Assembly: GCA_965217865.1 (NCBI GenBank)
Contig: CBDCJO010000002.1
Coordinates: 2,176,001-2,240,000, forward strand
Direction: 5' to 3'
Source: Candidatus Latescibacterota bacterium
Lineage (GTDB): Bacteria > Latescibacterota > UBA2968 > SICM01
DNA: 64,000 nt
Numbering within the stretch: the stretch's first letter is position 1; each line of letters opens with the position of its first letter. Below, one piece after another: positions 1 through 9,980 of the stretch. The position numbers were made by a program, and so were the translations under genes. Under the pieces are notes generated by a model that saw nothing but the letters and a program-made list of their open reading frames with translations, had not been told where the DNA came from and searched no databases.

Positions 1-80
1 ACCCCACACTGGCCATCGACGACTACCGGATCTACTCCCGGAAACGGGGGATGGATATCACGGATGAGTTTAAAACTTAG
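1..80 (+). CDS. 3' end of probable Rne/Rng family ribonuclease (partial)
   Basis: Frame from base 3 reads PTLAIDDYRIYSRKRGMDITDEFKT*, resembling FCB-group RNase E/G C-termini; usual position upstream of rplU. Confidence 0.5.
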   Translation, partial: PTLAIDDYRIYSRKRGMDITDEFKT

Positions 81-134
81 AGTAAAAGAACGGATTAAAA
101 GAACCCAAGATCAAATAAAAACGAGGGAGGAACG

Positions 135-485
135 ATGTACGCAATCATCCGGGTAGCAGGTTCGCAGCTCCGGGTTCAGGAAGGAGATCATATCCAGGTG
201 CCCCGCCTCGATGAAGAGCCGGGATCGCAGATTCAGATTCCTGATGTCCTTCTCGTTTCTGATGAGGGGAAGGTTTCAATCGGTAGCCCGACAGTGGCCG
301 GCGCTACGGTCGAAGCCCTCGTGGCCTCACACGGACTCGGAGACAAGGTGACGGTCTTTAAAATGAAACGCCGAAAAAACTACAGGCGGAAGCGGGGCCA
401 CCGCCAACCCTTCACAGAACTTGAAATTCAGAAAATCTCAACATCCACCGAGCAAATCCAGAACGACACGCCCAAAGAGGAATAA
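135..485 (+). CDS. rplU: 50S ribosomal protein L21
   Basis: MYAII start, [19 protein letters not shown] motif; GGAGG RBS. Confidence 0.97.
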   Translation: MYAIIRVAGSQLRVQEGDHIQVPRLDEEPGSQIQIPDVLLVSDEGKVSIGSPTVAGATVEALVASHGLGDKVTVFKMKRRKNYRRKRGHRQPFTELEIQKISTSTEQIQNDTPKEE

Positions 486-487
486 CA

Positions 488-739
488 ATGGCACATAAAA
501 AAGGTGTTGGAAGCTCCCGGAACGGGCGGGATAGCCGGGCGCAAAGGTTAGGTGTCAAACGGTTTGGGGGAGAGCGAGTCACCGCGGGGAACATCCTCGT
601 CCGGCAGCGTGGAACCCGGATCTATCCTGGGAACAACGTAAAACGGGGAGGCGATGACACCCTGTTCGCGCTCATCGACGGGATGGTCAAATTTGAACGA
701 TACGGCAAAAACAAGAAGAAAGTCAGTGTATACGACTGA
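488..739 (+). CDS. rpmA: 50S ribosomal protein L27
   Basis: [16 protein letters not shown] signature; follows rplU. Confidence 0.98.
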   Translation: MAHKKGVGSSRNGRDSRAQRLGVKRFGGERVTAGNILVRQRGTRIYPGNNVKRGGDDTLFALIDGMVKFERYGKNKKKVSVYD

Positions 740-790
740 TCTCTAGAATCTAGATGGCCGTGCGGTTTGTTCGAACCCCGGGAGTACCCA

Positions 791-1714
791 TTGAAAATTG
801 CCGTTATCGGGGCAGGAAACGTAGGGGCCTCAACAGCACAAAGGATCGCTGAGAGGGAGTTGGCCCAAGAGGTCCTTTTGATCGACGTTGTCGAAGGTAT
901 TCCCCAGGGAAAAGGCCTTGACCTTGCTCAGTCCGGACCTGTGCAACGGTTTGACAGCAGGGTGATCGGGACAAACGACCTCACGGCCACCGCGGGCGCG
1001 GATCTGGTCATCGTAACTGCCGGGATTGCTCGAAAACCGGGCATGAGCCGGGATGACCTGACTTCGACCAACGCCAACATCGTTCGTTCTGTCTGTTCGG
1101 AAGCTGCTCGGGTCGCCCCGAATGCGATATTCCTTATCGTCACGAACCCCCTGGACGTCATGTGCGCGGTGGCCTTGAAGGCCACGGGGATCGATCCCGC
1201 CCGAGTGGTGGGCATGGCGGGAATCCTAGACACCGCTAGATTTCGCACCTTCGTTGCTATGGAAATCGGGGTCTCCGTCGAAGACGTGACCGCCCTGGTC
1301 CTGGGCGGACACGGAGATGCGATGGTCCCGCTTCCACGTTGTTCCTCGGTCGGGGGAATCCCATTGGCCGAACTGTTGCCAAAAGAGAAGATCGACAAAA
1401 TCGTCCAGCGGACCCGGGACGGGGGCGCAGAGATCGTGGGCTTCCTGAAGACCGGAAGCGCCTATTACGCGCCGTCGGCGGCCATAGCGGAAATGGCCGC
1501 CGCCATCCTTTTAAACAAACGTCGCGTCCTGCCGTGTTCCGCGTGGCTGACCGGACAATACGGCCTTCGTGAACTTTACCTTGGCGTTCCCGTGAAACTC
1601 GGGGCCGGGGGCGTCGTGGAAATTATCGAGATAAACCTCCACCCTGCGGAAGAGGAGGCCCTTGCACGCTCCGCAGAGGAGGTCCGAACCAGTATCGCGC
1701 GACTCTCAATTTAA
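791..1714 (+). CDS. mdh: Malate dehydrogenase (LDH-like)
   Basis: [11 protein letters not shown] Rossmann motif, [16 protein letters not shown]; TTG start at 791 after GGAG. Confidence 0.93.
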   Translation: MKIAVIGAGNVGASTAQRIAERELAQEVLLIDVVEGIPQGKGLDLAQSGPVQRFDSRVIGTNDLTATAGADLVIVTAGIARKPGMSRDDLTSTNANIVRSVCSEAARVAPNAIFLIVTNPLDVMCAVALKATGIDPARVVGMAGILDTARFRTFVAMEIGVSVEDVTALVLGGHGDAMVPLPRCSSVGGIPLAELLPKEKIDKIVQRTRDGGAEIVGFLKTGSAYYAPSAAIAEMAAAILLNKRRVLPCSAWLTGQYGLRELYLGVPVKLGAGGVVEIIEINLHPAEEEALARSAEEVRTSIARLSI

Positions 1715-1735
1715 AACTGCGTTTCTAATCCTCCT

Positions 1736-1767
1736 AAAGGGTCGCCGTGAGACGACCCCTTTTGTTT
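1736..1767 (+). terminator. Rho-independent terminator after mdh
   Basis: GGGTCG..GTGA..CGACCC stem followed by TTTTGTTT. Confidence 0.75.
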
Positions 1768-1863
1768 GGCTTCAATTCCCGATCCGTTGTTCTCTTAGCC
1801 CGTAACCTTTCTCCATAATATGGTCCGACGGGAGGGCACCGGGGAACACCAGGAGAGATCAAA

Positions 1864-2385
1864 ATGGCCGATGAGGAAACCGAGGAGGCTCAACCAGAAC
1901 AAAAAAAAGGGGGCCTTCCCCTCTTCTCGATCATCGCGGTGGTTGCGGTTCTCATTTTGGCCGCGGTATATTTCTTCTTTTTTCGTTCCGACCCATCCGA
2001 GGATGAAGAGATAGCCGAAAAAAGACCGAAACTAGTGGAGCCCGAAATAGTCTATGAAGATATCGAATCCCTTATCCTGAACCCGAAAGGCGCTGGTTTC
2101 AAAAGGTTTTTAACAATAAAGATCGAGCTCCTCGTAGCCGATCGAGAAACCCTGGAGAAACTGGAGGCAGAGCCCATTTTTAAGACTCAGATCACAGATA
2201 TCCTGGTTGAACTTCTGAGCGATAAAACCGTCGACCAACTGGAGGCCCCCAGCGCAAAAGACGACATCAAAGGTGAATTATTGCCGCGATTAAACAACCT
2301 GCTTGGACCTCATTTCCTGAAAGAAAAGGAGATGGTCTCCGAGGCGGTTAAGGATATCTATTATGTAAAGTTCCTGATTCAATAA
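1864..2385 (+). CDS. fliL: Flagellar basal body-associated protein FliL
   Basis: Acidic N-terminus, single TM segment, ILNPKG..RFLTIKIEL, LLSDKTVDQL, C-terminal VKDIYYVKFLIQ. Confidence 0.85.
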   Translation: MADEETEEAQPEQKKGGLPLFSIIAVVAVLILAAVYFFFFRSDPSEDEEIAEKRPKLVEPEIVYEDIESLILNPKGAGFKRFLTIKIELLVADRETLEKLEAEPIFKTQITDILVELLSDKTVDQLEAPSAKDDIKGELLPRLNNLLGPHFLKEKEMVSEAVKDIYYVKFLIQ

Positions 2386-2755
2386 TTCTGGGGGATTTCA
2401 GGACACGGGTGGTGGACCGGTGAGCCAAACGAGGAAAGTGATCGAAAGAAGCCATGGCCATTCGAGGAAGGAAATGGATATCGGTTTAGCAAAAAAAGTA
2501 GCGTGCCTTTCATCCTGATCGGCACGCTCTGATGGATTGAGGGAACAATGCGCTGTGTCAGTTCGCTTCGTCTCTCATCCTCCATATCGGCCCTGTCTAG
2601 GAATCCCTTTGTGATCCCGGTCACGTCAAAATGGGTTTCCCTTGGATCAACACACTCAAATGATTCCTGTCGCGGCTACTGCGTCTCCGGTCTGCCGTTA
2701 AATTTGCATTTTGCATTTTTCACCTTGCAATTTCCTCCAGCCTTATCCTGTCCCT

Positions 2756-3505
2756 CTAATAAGATGCCCTTCCCCCGCTGAGGTCGTAACACTGGCCTGT
2801 GACAAACGCCGCCTCCTCCGAAACGAGAAAATTGACCAGGTTTGCCACCTCTTCCGGTTTGCCGAACCGGCCCATCGGAACTTTGCTTCTCATATACGCG
2901 ACCGACTCGGACGAAACCTGCTTAAGAATCTCCGTTTCGATCACAGCCGGGGCTACGCAGTTTACGTTTATCCCCACTGTTGCCACCTCACGGGCAAGGG
3001 CCTTCGTAAGACAGATGACCCCCGCTTTTGCCGTGGAGTAGGGGATCATATTCGGATTTCCCTCCTTCCCCGCAATCGAAGCGATGGAGACGATCTTTCC
3101 GGAATTTTGCTCAATCATGTGCGGGATAACCGCCCGGCAACAGAGGAAAACACCTTTAAAGTTGACGGCCATCAGACCGTCCCAATCCGCCTCCGTCACC
3201 TCCTGGATTGGCGCCGTTCGGCCCCCAACCCCCGCATTGTTGACCAGAATGTCGATGCGCCCAAAGGTATCCAGGGTCTTTTGTACCATGGCCTCCACTT
3301 CCCCGCTTACCGAAACATCGGTTCGGTGGGGAAACGCCTTTCGGCCCAGACGACGGATTTCATCCGCGGTCTTTTCCGATCCTGATAGTGCCAGATCCGC
3401 AATGGTGACGTGTGCCCCGGATTGAGCAAGGCGGATCGCGATGGCTCTTCCGATACCCCTGGCGGACCCGGTGACAATCGCGGTCTTATCATCAAGGCGT
3501 AACAT
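2756..3505 (-). CDS. SDR family oxidoreductase (FabG-like)
   Basis: TGSARGIG, NNAG, YSTAK catalytic motif; ATG at 3505 after GGAG. Confidence 0.9.
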   Translation of the reverse strand: MLRLDDKTAIVTGSARGIGRAIAIRLAQSGAHVTIADLALSGSEKTADEIRRLGRKAFPHRTDVSVSGEVEAMVQKTLDTFGRIDILVNNAGVGGRTAPIQEVTEADWDGLMAVNFKGVFLCCRAVIPHMIEQNSGKIVSIASIAGKEGNPNMIPYSTAKAGVICLTKALAREVATVGINVNCVAPAVIETEILKQVSSESVAYMRSKVPMGRFGKPEEVANLVNFLVSEEAAFVTGQCYDLSGGRASY

Positions 3506-3630
3506 AGGGGAACTCCTTAAAGAATTCAGTATTATAAACAGGGCTTGGCCTGCCGAAAGCGTGAGAGATAAAGATGCAACTAATGGTCCGAAGATCTCAG
3601 TCCCTTTTTCCGGATCGGCTACGATTCCGT

Positions 3631-3659
3631 TTGACAAAACCTCAGGGATCGGGTATCAT
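3631..3659 (+). promoter_or_regulatory. Sigma70 promoter for thiS-thiG-DegT
   Basis: TTGACA-17 bp-TATCAT. Confidence 0.75.
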
Positions 3660-3706
3660 TCAAAAAAACACGAATGGACCGATTCTTGCATTCCCCTGGT
3701 TGATTT

Positions 3707-3937
3707 ATGTCTGCCGACGGCAACCCAAAGCCAGAGTTAAAAATCACCATAAATGGAGAAGAAAAAACCCTTTCGGCTGAATTGAGCGTCTTGGATCTTC
3801 TGAAAAGTCTGAACGTTCCTCAGGTTGGAATCGCGGTGGCAGTTAATTTTGAGGTCATCAAAAAGCAGAGCCTTGGGTCCACGCATATTCACGAGGGTGA
3901 CAGGGTGGAAATTATCCGTGCAGTACAGGGCGGATGA
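3707..3937 (+). CDS. thiS: Sulfur carrier protein ThiS
   Basis: Ubiquitin-like length, [18 protein letters not shown] with C-terminal GG; adjacent to thiG. Confidence 0.93.
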   Translation: MSADGNPKPELKITINGEEKTLSAELSVLDLLKSLNVPQVGIAVAVNFEVIKKQSLGSTHIHEGDRVEIIRAVQGG

Positions 3938-3960
3938 TGGTTGAAAGGAGAGAAACGGCG

Positions 3961-4743
3961 ATGGATGACGGGTTTGTCCTTGGGGAGAGGACCTTCAGAT
4001 CCAGGCTCATCTTGGGAACCGGGAAGGGTGTACCATTCCCGGATGTGGGGAAAATTGTCGAACAGAGCGGCGCAGAGATCGTCACGGTGGCTGTGCGGCG
4101 GGTGAACCTGAACGATACATCGGAAAATTCCCTTCTGCGTCACGTAGATCCCCAAAAGGTTGCCTATCTCCCAAACACCGCAGGTTGCTATACGGCTAAC
4201 GACGCCGTGCTGACGTGCGAATTGGCTCGTGAGGCCCTTGACACCAATTTCGTTAAGCTAGAAGTGATCGGAGATCCGAAAACCCTCTTTCCTGACACGG
4301 CCGAACTGGTCGTTGCAGCTAAGGAACTTGTTGCCAAGGGGTTTATCGTCCTTCCCTACACCAACGACGACCCGGTTGTTGCAAAAAGACTTGAGGATGT
4401 CGGCTGCGCGGCCGTGATGCCCCTCGGTGCTCCCATCGGATCTGGACTCGGCATCAGAAACCCCCACAATATAGGGATTATTCTGGAGTCCGCAAAAATT
4501 CCGGTGATCGTCGATGCTGGAGTGGGCACCGCATCGGATGCTTCGTTCGCGATGGAGATGGGCTGCGATGCCGTTCTGATGAACACGGGCATCTACGGGG
4601 CCAAAGTTCCATTGAAAATGGCGGCCGCGATGCGCCACGCCATAGAAGCCGGCCGACTGGCCTATCTGGCGGGTCGCATCCCGAAGAAAAGCTATGCAAC
4701 CGCTTCCAGTCCTTTAGAAGAGTTGGTCGAACCCGTTTCGTGA
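3961..4743 (+). CDS. thiG: Thiazole synthase
   Basis: [36 protein letters not shown]. Confidence 0.96.
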   Translation: MDDGFVLGERTFRSRLILGTGKGVPFPDVGKIVEQSGAEIVTVAVRRVNLNDTSENSLLRHVDPQKVAYLPNTAGCYTANDAVLTCELAREALDTNFVKLEVIGDPKTLFPDTAELVVAAKELVAKGFIVLPYTNDDPVVAKRLEDVGCAAVMPLGAPIGSGLGIRNPHNIGIILESAKIPVIVDAGVGTASDASFAMEMGCDAVLMNTGIYGAKVPLKMAAAMRHAIEAGRLAYLAGRIPKKSYATASSPLEELVEPVS

Positions 4744-4813
4744 ACCCCCTATTGGTTCAGGCCCTGGTTTCCAGCGGACCGATGGGGGTTTATTTTCGTA
4801 CCTCGGAGATCGC

Positions 4814-5923
4814 GTGATCCCTTTGTTCAAACCCTCCTTGGGAAAAGAGGAACTCGAAGCCCTTAGAGAGGTGTTCGAAACCGGATGGCTGGGCCTTGGA
4901 CCCAAGACCGCCGAATTCGAAAGGAAATTTGCAGACTTTGTCGGAGCAAAGCACGCGATCGGTCTGAATTCCTGTACGGCTGCCCTCCAATTGAGTCTCG
5001 GCCTCCTCGGTATTCAGCCGGGAGACGAGGTGATCGTCCCCACCCTGACCTTTATCGCCACACCACACGCGGTTTCCTTTTGGGGAGCCAAGCCGGTCTT
5101 CGCAGATGTCAGCCCGGATACCCTTTGTATAGATGTAAAAGACTTCCAAAAAAAAATCACCGGCCGAACCCGGGCCGTACTCCCGGTTCATTATGCAGGC
5201 CATCCCTGTGACCTGGACGAAATAGAACCCCTCGCCGCAGCTCGCGGGATCACCGTGATCGAGGACGCCGCCCACGCCTGCGGGGCCGGTTACAAGGGAA
5301 GGATGATCGGTTCCCTCTCCGCTTTAACCTGTTTCAGTTTCCACGCGGTTAAGAATCTCAGCTGCGGCGATGGGGGCATGGTCACCACAAACGACGATAC
5401 CTATGCGGAGCGACTCAGGGAGAACCGGTGGTTGGGAATCTCGAAGAACACCTGGCAGCGTATGGAGGGAACCACCTACCAGTGGCAATACTCGGTGAAC
5501 GACTTCGGTTTCAAAGCACACCTTAATGATATCGCGGCGGCGATCGGCCTCGCACAACTTGAAAAGCTCAATGCTGCCAACAGGCGGCGGCAGGAGATCG
5601 TCGACCGCTACAATCGAGGTTTCCTGGGCATCGACTGGATCGAAACACCACCTGAGCGAGTCGAAGTGCAAAACTCGTGGCACATATATCATATCCAGGT
5701 GGATGATCGGGATGGGCTTCATGCGCACCTGAACGATCGCGAAATCGTCTCAGGCGTTCACTATTATCCGAGTCATCTTCAACCCTATTACCAAGAAAAC
5801 GGGGCCACTTGCCCTGTTGCAGAGGTCGTCTGGAAGCGTATTTTGTCTTTGCCTTTGTTTCCGGATATGACCGACGACCAGACCGACTCTGTCATCGAAG
5901 CGGTATTATCGTTCAAAGCGTAA
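4814..5923 (+). CDS. DegT/DnrJ/EryC1/StrS PLP-dependent aminotransferase
   Basis: EDAAHA, FSFHAVKNL..GDGG PLP-lysine motif, LSLPLFP. Confidence 0.93.
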   Translation: MIPLFKPSLGKEELEALREVFETGWLGLGPKTAEFERKFADFVGAKHAIGLNSCTAALQLSLGLLGIQPGDEVIVPTLTFIATPHAVSFWGAKPVFADVSPDTLCIDVKDFQKKITGRTRAVLPVHYAGHPCDLDEIEPLAAARGITVIEDAAHACGAGYKGRMIGSLSALTCFSFHAVKNLSCGDGGMVTTNDDTYAERLRENRWLGISKNTWQRMEGTTYQWQYSVNDFGFKAHLNDIAAAIGLAQLEKLNAANRRRQEIVDRYNRGFLGIDWIETPPERVEVQNSWHIYHIQVDDRDGLHAHLNDREIVSGVHYYPSHLQPYYQENGATCPVAEVVWKRILSLPLFPDMTDDQTDSVIEAVLSFKA

Positions 5924-5998
5924 AAACCGCACCTTCAAAATCTTCAAAAATCGGGGATCATATCCTCGCTTAGACCCTTTGTTCAATTTGCTAAAGTT

Positions 5999-6030
5999 AA
6001 AAAAAACCCGAACGCCTGCCGACGTTCGAG
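5999..6030 (-). terminator. Terminator downstream of tRNA-Asp
   Basis: Minus strand CTCGAACGTC-GGCA-GGCGTTCGGG followed by T8. Confidence 0.7.
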
Positions 6031-6056
6031 CACAAGGATGAAATTTCCGAAGAAAA

Positions 6057-6133
6057 TGGCGGGGTAGACGGGACTCGAACCCGCGACCTTCGGCGTGACA
6101 GGCCGACACTCTAACCATCTGAGCTACTACCCC
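6057..6133 (-). tRNA. tRNA-Asp (GTC)
   Basis: Reverse complement GGGGTAGTAGCTCAGATGGTTAGAGTGTCGGCCTGTCACGCCGAAGGTCGCGGGTTCGAGTCCCGTCTACCCCGCCA; cloverleaf with encoded CCA. Confidence 0.97.
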
Positions 6134-6145
6134 GTATGAGGGTTG

Positions 6146-6174
6146 AATATAGGGCTATGGGGGGGGAGTGTCAA
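6146..6174 (-). promoter_or_regulatory. Sigma70 promoter for tRNA-Asp
   Basis: TTGACA-17 bp-TATATT on the minus strand. Confidence 0.75.
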
Positions 6175-6188
6175 GGTCAAAGTGGGGT

Positions 6189-6231
6189 GGAAGTATTTTC
6201 CCAAAATGCATCGGATATGGAAAATATGTCC
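6189..6231 (+). promoter_or_regulatory. Candidate enhancer (bEBP) site pair
   Basis: GGAAGTATTTTCC (6189-6201) and GGAAAATATGTCC (6219-6231); similar pairs lie upstream of flgB and fliO. Confidence 0.5.
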
Positions 6232-6241
6232 TTCCCCACCC

Positions 6242-6270
6242 TTGATTTCTAGGTCGGCCTATCCTATATT
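6242..6270 (+). promoter_or_regulatory. Sigma70-like promoter for the regulator operon
   Basis: TTGATT-17 bp-TATATT. Confidence 0.5.
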
Positions 6271-6315
6271 TAAGCTCGTCAATCTATGCGGGTTAAGTGC
6301 CGGTTCTGTGCGAAG

Positions 6316-6331
6316 AGGCATCGAATTTGCG
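6316..6331 (+). promoter_or_regulatory. Sigma54 -24/-12 promoter
   Basis: AGGCATCGAATTTGCG, with GG-N10-GC spacing. Confidence 0.55.
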
Positions 6332-6413
6332 GTGTGATCGATTAACCGGCCTGTCTCATAAACATCAATACGAGTCTAGGCAGTTCCTTCGGCCTTGACC
6401 GAACGCAATCCAT

Positions 6414-6953
6414 ATGGCGGGTGAACACATCCTCATTGTTGACGATGACCCGTTCACGGTTGAACTCCTCACCGAAGCGTTGGATGAGCAGGGTTTTCTC
6501 CCGCAATCCGCACCCGATGGAAAGGGTGCTAGGGAGGCCTTAAATCGAAGGGAATTTCGCGTCGCAATCTTCGATCTGAGCCTACCGGACCTGGAAGGTA
6601 TGGAGCTTGTTCGAGAGGTCAACCAATCATCCCCTGATACCGCAATCATCATTTTGACAGGGTATCCAACCCTCGAGTCATCCATCGAGGCCCTTCGACA
6701 GGGGGCCTTCGACTACCTGATCAAACCCTTCAAGGTCCCCGAAGTGATCGCAACGATCCAGAAGGCCTTAAACGACCATTCGCTAAAGGCCGAGATAACT
6801 GGGTTACGGAGTCGTGTTCGGGAGCTGGAACAGGAACTTCGACGATATCAAGAGGGGGCTCCCATGCCTCCACCGGGACGCCCTGCAGGACCAGGTGCAT
6901 CCCCTGCCGCCGGTGGATACGGAGGCTTTCCTCGGGGCCCCAGGACAGGATGA
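6414..6953 (+). CDS. Response regulator (receiver domain, coiled coil, Pro/Gly tail)
   Basis: ILIVDDD, FDLSLPD, ILTG, DYLIKP; no DNA-binding output domain. Confidence 0.88.
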   Translation: MAGEHILIVDDDPFTVELLTEALDEQGFLPQSAPDGKGAREALNRREFRVAIFDLSLPDLEGMELVREVNQSSPDTAIIILTGYPTLESSIEALRQGAFDYLIKPFKVPEVIATIQKALNDHSLKAEITGLRSRVRELEQELRRYQEGAPMPPPGRPAGPGASPAAGGYGGFPRGPRTG

Positions 6954-8280
6954 TGCCAAAACCCACGAAACGAAATCCCCGCCCAGAATCCGATTTCCCT
7001 GCTGCCCTTCTTTCCCTGTGCGAAGACATATGCGCCTGTCAGGATGAACTCCGTCGGGGCGCCTCTGAGATTCGCCCTTATTTGACCAACGGCTCAGATG
7101 CCCACCGCTTGTCTCCTATGCTAAAAAAACAGGAAGAAAGTGCAGCAAGGCTGCAAAAGCTCGTGGGCACGCTTAGAACGGCCATCGACGAGGCCGAGAT
7201 CGACCCTCGTCGGAGAAGCGAGCTCAGAGAAGCGATCGAGTCGCTAAAGAATCGTCTTGGCGACCTGGCCGGTGAAACAGAGGCCGATTACGCCCTCCTC
7301 TCCCGGAAAGGTATGCGGATCCCGGGGTTAGGGGGCGCCCCATCCCCTCGAGAGCATTCAAGAGTTGACATGAAACGGCCCCTCCGTTTCGATGCGGACG
7401 CCTCACAAAGCCAACTCCAGAGGCTTCAGGATAACCTCCGGGAGCTCGAACAGAAAGTAGAGCAGACCGATCTTGAACTCCAGCGAAGCCAGGAGGAAAA
7501 GGCACGCCTGGAGGAGGCACTCGAACGGAAGAACACCCTGGCTGCACTCGGGCAGATGGCTGCAACCGTAGCGCACGAGATTCGAAACCCTTTAGGGGGG
7601 ATTGCGGGATTCGCCGGTCTATTGGAGAGAGAGCTTCCCCCAAATGACCCCAAGCGGCCGTGGGTCAAGAAGATTATCGAGGGGGTATCCAGCCTCAACA
7701 CGATCGTGACCGGGCTTCTAAATTATACGCGTCCTTGCCGGCTGAATGCCTACCCCAACGATTTGGTCAGACTGGTTGAGGAAACGGCATCTTTCCTGGA
7801 GATCGACCTGGGTCGACGGGAAGGGCTGGATATCTCGGTCGATCGATTCTTCGAAGTCCCCACCCTCTCCTGCCTGGTCGATCCAGAACAGATGCAACAG
7901 GTTTTTTTGAACCTCCTTCAGAATGCCGTGCAGGCGATGCCCGGAGGGGGAACCGTTACGGTTCGAGTATCCTCTACAAACACCTCAAATTCCGAGCAAG
8001 TGCCCGCGGACCCAAAACAGGAAGAAAACGGGTGGCTGGAAGTCGCGATATCCGATACGGGCGAGGGAATGCAAGATGAAGTTCAAAATCAACTTTTCAC
8101 CCCGTTTTTTACAACAAAAGAGAACGGGACGGGTTTGGGCTTGGCTATCGCTCGGAAGATCGTCGAGGCACACCGGGGAAGGATCGGTGTCAAAAGTGAG
8201 GTCGGACACAGGGGAGCACCTTTATCGTGTCGATCCCGAAAGGATCGGAAGGTAACAACATAATTTCATCCACAGGATGA
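6950..8280 (+). pseudogene. FleS/FlgS-like histidine kinase with C-terminal frameshift; may be fused to an upstream helical gene
   Basis: VAHEIRNPL H-box, NLLQNA, DTGEG, GTGLGL. An extra CA at ~8207-8210 replaces GQGSTFIVSIP with out-of-frame sequence; the restored frame ends at TGA 8278-8280, overlapping the next ATG. Confidence 0.75.
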
Positions 8281-9668
8281 CCATGTCGAAAAAAAGCATC
8301 TTGATCGCTGATGATGAAGCATTGATGCGGGATTCGTTGGAGGCTACCCTTTCCCGGCAATACCGCGTCGACGTGGCCAAGGACGGCAAAGACGCAATCG
8401 CCAAGCTCGATGATTCCGACTATGACCTGATCCTTTCGGATCTCCGCATGCCCGGTGCGTCGGGAATGGATGTTCTGAAAGCGACCCGCCAGAGGCAACC
8501 CGACGCCAAGTTCGTGATGATGACAGCCTACGGCTCTCTGGAGAATCATGCCGAATGCATGAAAGAGGGGGCATTCATCTATGTCATGAAACCCTTCTCC
8601 CCAGTCGAGATAGAGATCGTTGTTGAAAAAGCCTTGGACTACCAACGTCTTTCGGTCGAAAACCGTCAACTTCGATCCGAGCTGGAGTCGCGATTTAGCC
8701 TTGGAAGTCTGATCGGCCGGAGCCCCTGTATGGTGGAGGTCCTGGACCTCATCCGGACGGTGGCCGACAGTCGTTCTACAGCGCTCGTGACTGGGGAGAG
8801 CGGTACTGGCAAGGAACTGGCCGCTCGAGCAATTCACTATAACAGCCCCCGTTTGAATGGCCATTTTATCAAAATCAACTGTGCGGTCCTCCCGAGAGAA
8901 CTGATCGAAAGCGAACTTTTTGGACACGAGAAAGGGGCCTTTACCAGGGCCATCCGACAGACTCGGGGGCGGTTTGAGCTTGCCGATGGTGGCACCCTGC
9001 TCCTGGACGAGATCAGTGAAATCAACCTGTCCCTGCAGGCAAAACTCCTCCGTGTCCTTCAAGAGAGGGAATTCGAACGGGTCGGTGGCCACGACACCAT
9101 CAAGGTGGATGTTCGAATCGTGGCAACCACCAATCGAGACTTGCAGAAGGAGGTTCAGAAAGGACGGTTCCGAGAGGACCTCTTTTATCGTTTACACGTC
9201 ATCCCGATTCACATCCCGCCTCTGTGTGAGCGAAAGGATGATATTCCCGCGCTCGCGGCGCATTTCTTGGAGAAATACACGGAGGAAAACAACAAGCGCA
9301 TTTCGGGGATCTCGGAGAAGGCGATGAAGATGCTGTTGGACTACCATTGGCCTGGAAATGTCCGAGAACTCGAAAACTTCGTCGAAAGAGCAGTGGTCAT
9401 CTGCAAAGATTCCGAAATCGACGAACGTCATATTCCATCCGATCTGTTGACCCGAACCCCTTTGGAAACCTCCGACGATGGCCTCCGGGTTGGGCTCACG
9501 GTCCACGACGTTGAAAGGATGCTTATCTTTAAGACACTCAATGCCCACGGAGGAAACCGGACTGTAGCCGCTCGGGTTCTGGGCATCAGCTCCAGAACCC
9601 TTCGGAACAAGCTCAACGAGTATCGCCAGATGGGTCTCCTGCCGGATATTCTGAAAAAATCGCCATAG
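8277..9668 (+). CDS. Sigma54-dependent response regulator (FleR/FlgR/NtrC-like) with GAFTRA variant
   Basis: REC domain, GESGTGKE, LLLDEI, WPGNVREL, Fis-type HTH; GAFTGA loop reads GAFTRA (AGG at 8946-8948). Confidence 0.9.
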   Translation: MTMSKKSILIADDEALMRDSLEATLSRQYRVDVAKDGKDAIAKLDDSDYDLILSDLRMPGASGMDVLKATRQRQPDAKFVMMTAYGSLENHAECMKEGAFIYVMKPFSPVEIEIVVEKALDYQRLSVENRQLRSELESRFSLGSLIGRSPCMVEVLDLIRTVADSRSTALVTGESGTGKELAARAIHYNSPRLNGHFIKINCAVLPRELIESELFGHEKGAFTRAIRQTRGRFELADGGTLLLDEISEINLSLQAKLLRVLQEREFERVGGHDTIKVDVRIVATTNRDLQKEVQKGRFREDLFYRLHVIPIHIPPLCERKDDIPALAAHFLEKYTEENNKRISGISEKAMKMLLDYHWPGNVRELENFVERAVVICKDSEIDERHIPSDLLTRTPLETSDDGLRVGLTVHDVERMLIFKTLNAHGGNRTVAARVLGISSRTLRNKLNEYRQMGLLPDILKKSP

Positions 9669-9687
9669 GGATCGCGGTCATTTTTGC

Positions 9688-9719
9688 GGAAAGCCGTTCC
9701 ACTGAAGGAAAGTCTTTCC
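9688..9719 (+). promoter_or_regulatory. Candidate enhancer site pair upstream of flgB
   Basis: GGAAAGCCGTTCC (9688-9700) and palindromic GGAAAGTCTTTCC (9707-9719). Confidence 0.55.
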
Positions 9720-9802
9720 CTTTAAGTCCACCCCAGAAATTCAGAATCAACCCGGGACTCAACCCGGAATGATCGGAAAAATCGAGAAATACCAATATAT
9801 TA

Positions 9803-9841
9803 GGGCGGATGTTCTGCTCAGAGCTCCCGCCTTTTTTCTTT
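9803..9841 (+). terminator. Terminator of the regulator operon
   Basis: GGCGG..CCGCC-closed imperfect stem followed by TTTTTTCTTT. Confidence 0.6.
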
Positions 9842-9848
9842 GTCAAAA

Positions 9849-9864
9849 CGGCACATCAGTTGCT
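9849..9864 (+). promoter_or_regulatory. Sigma54 promoter of the flgB operon
   Basis: CGGCAC-ATCAG-TTGCT. Confidence 0.8.
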
Positions 9865-9980
9865 CTATGCCTTGAAGACATCGATCATAGATCATTTCAA
9901 GACAAATTGAACCACGAGGTTGTCGGGGTAAGATCCGGCGCCTTCCCGTGGTCAGATGGCCATCGAGAAACGAGGAAACC

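Noticed and set aside
3506-3706. TPP riboswitch upstream of thiS-thiG
   Set aside because: No CTGAGA or CCTGA..TAA core found, and the promoter leaves only about 40 nt of leader
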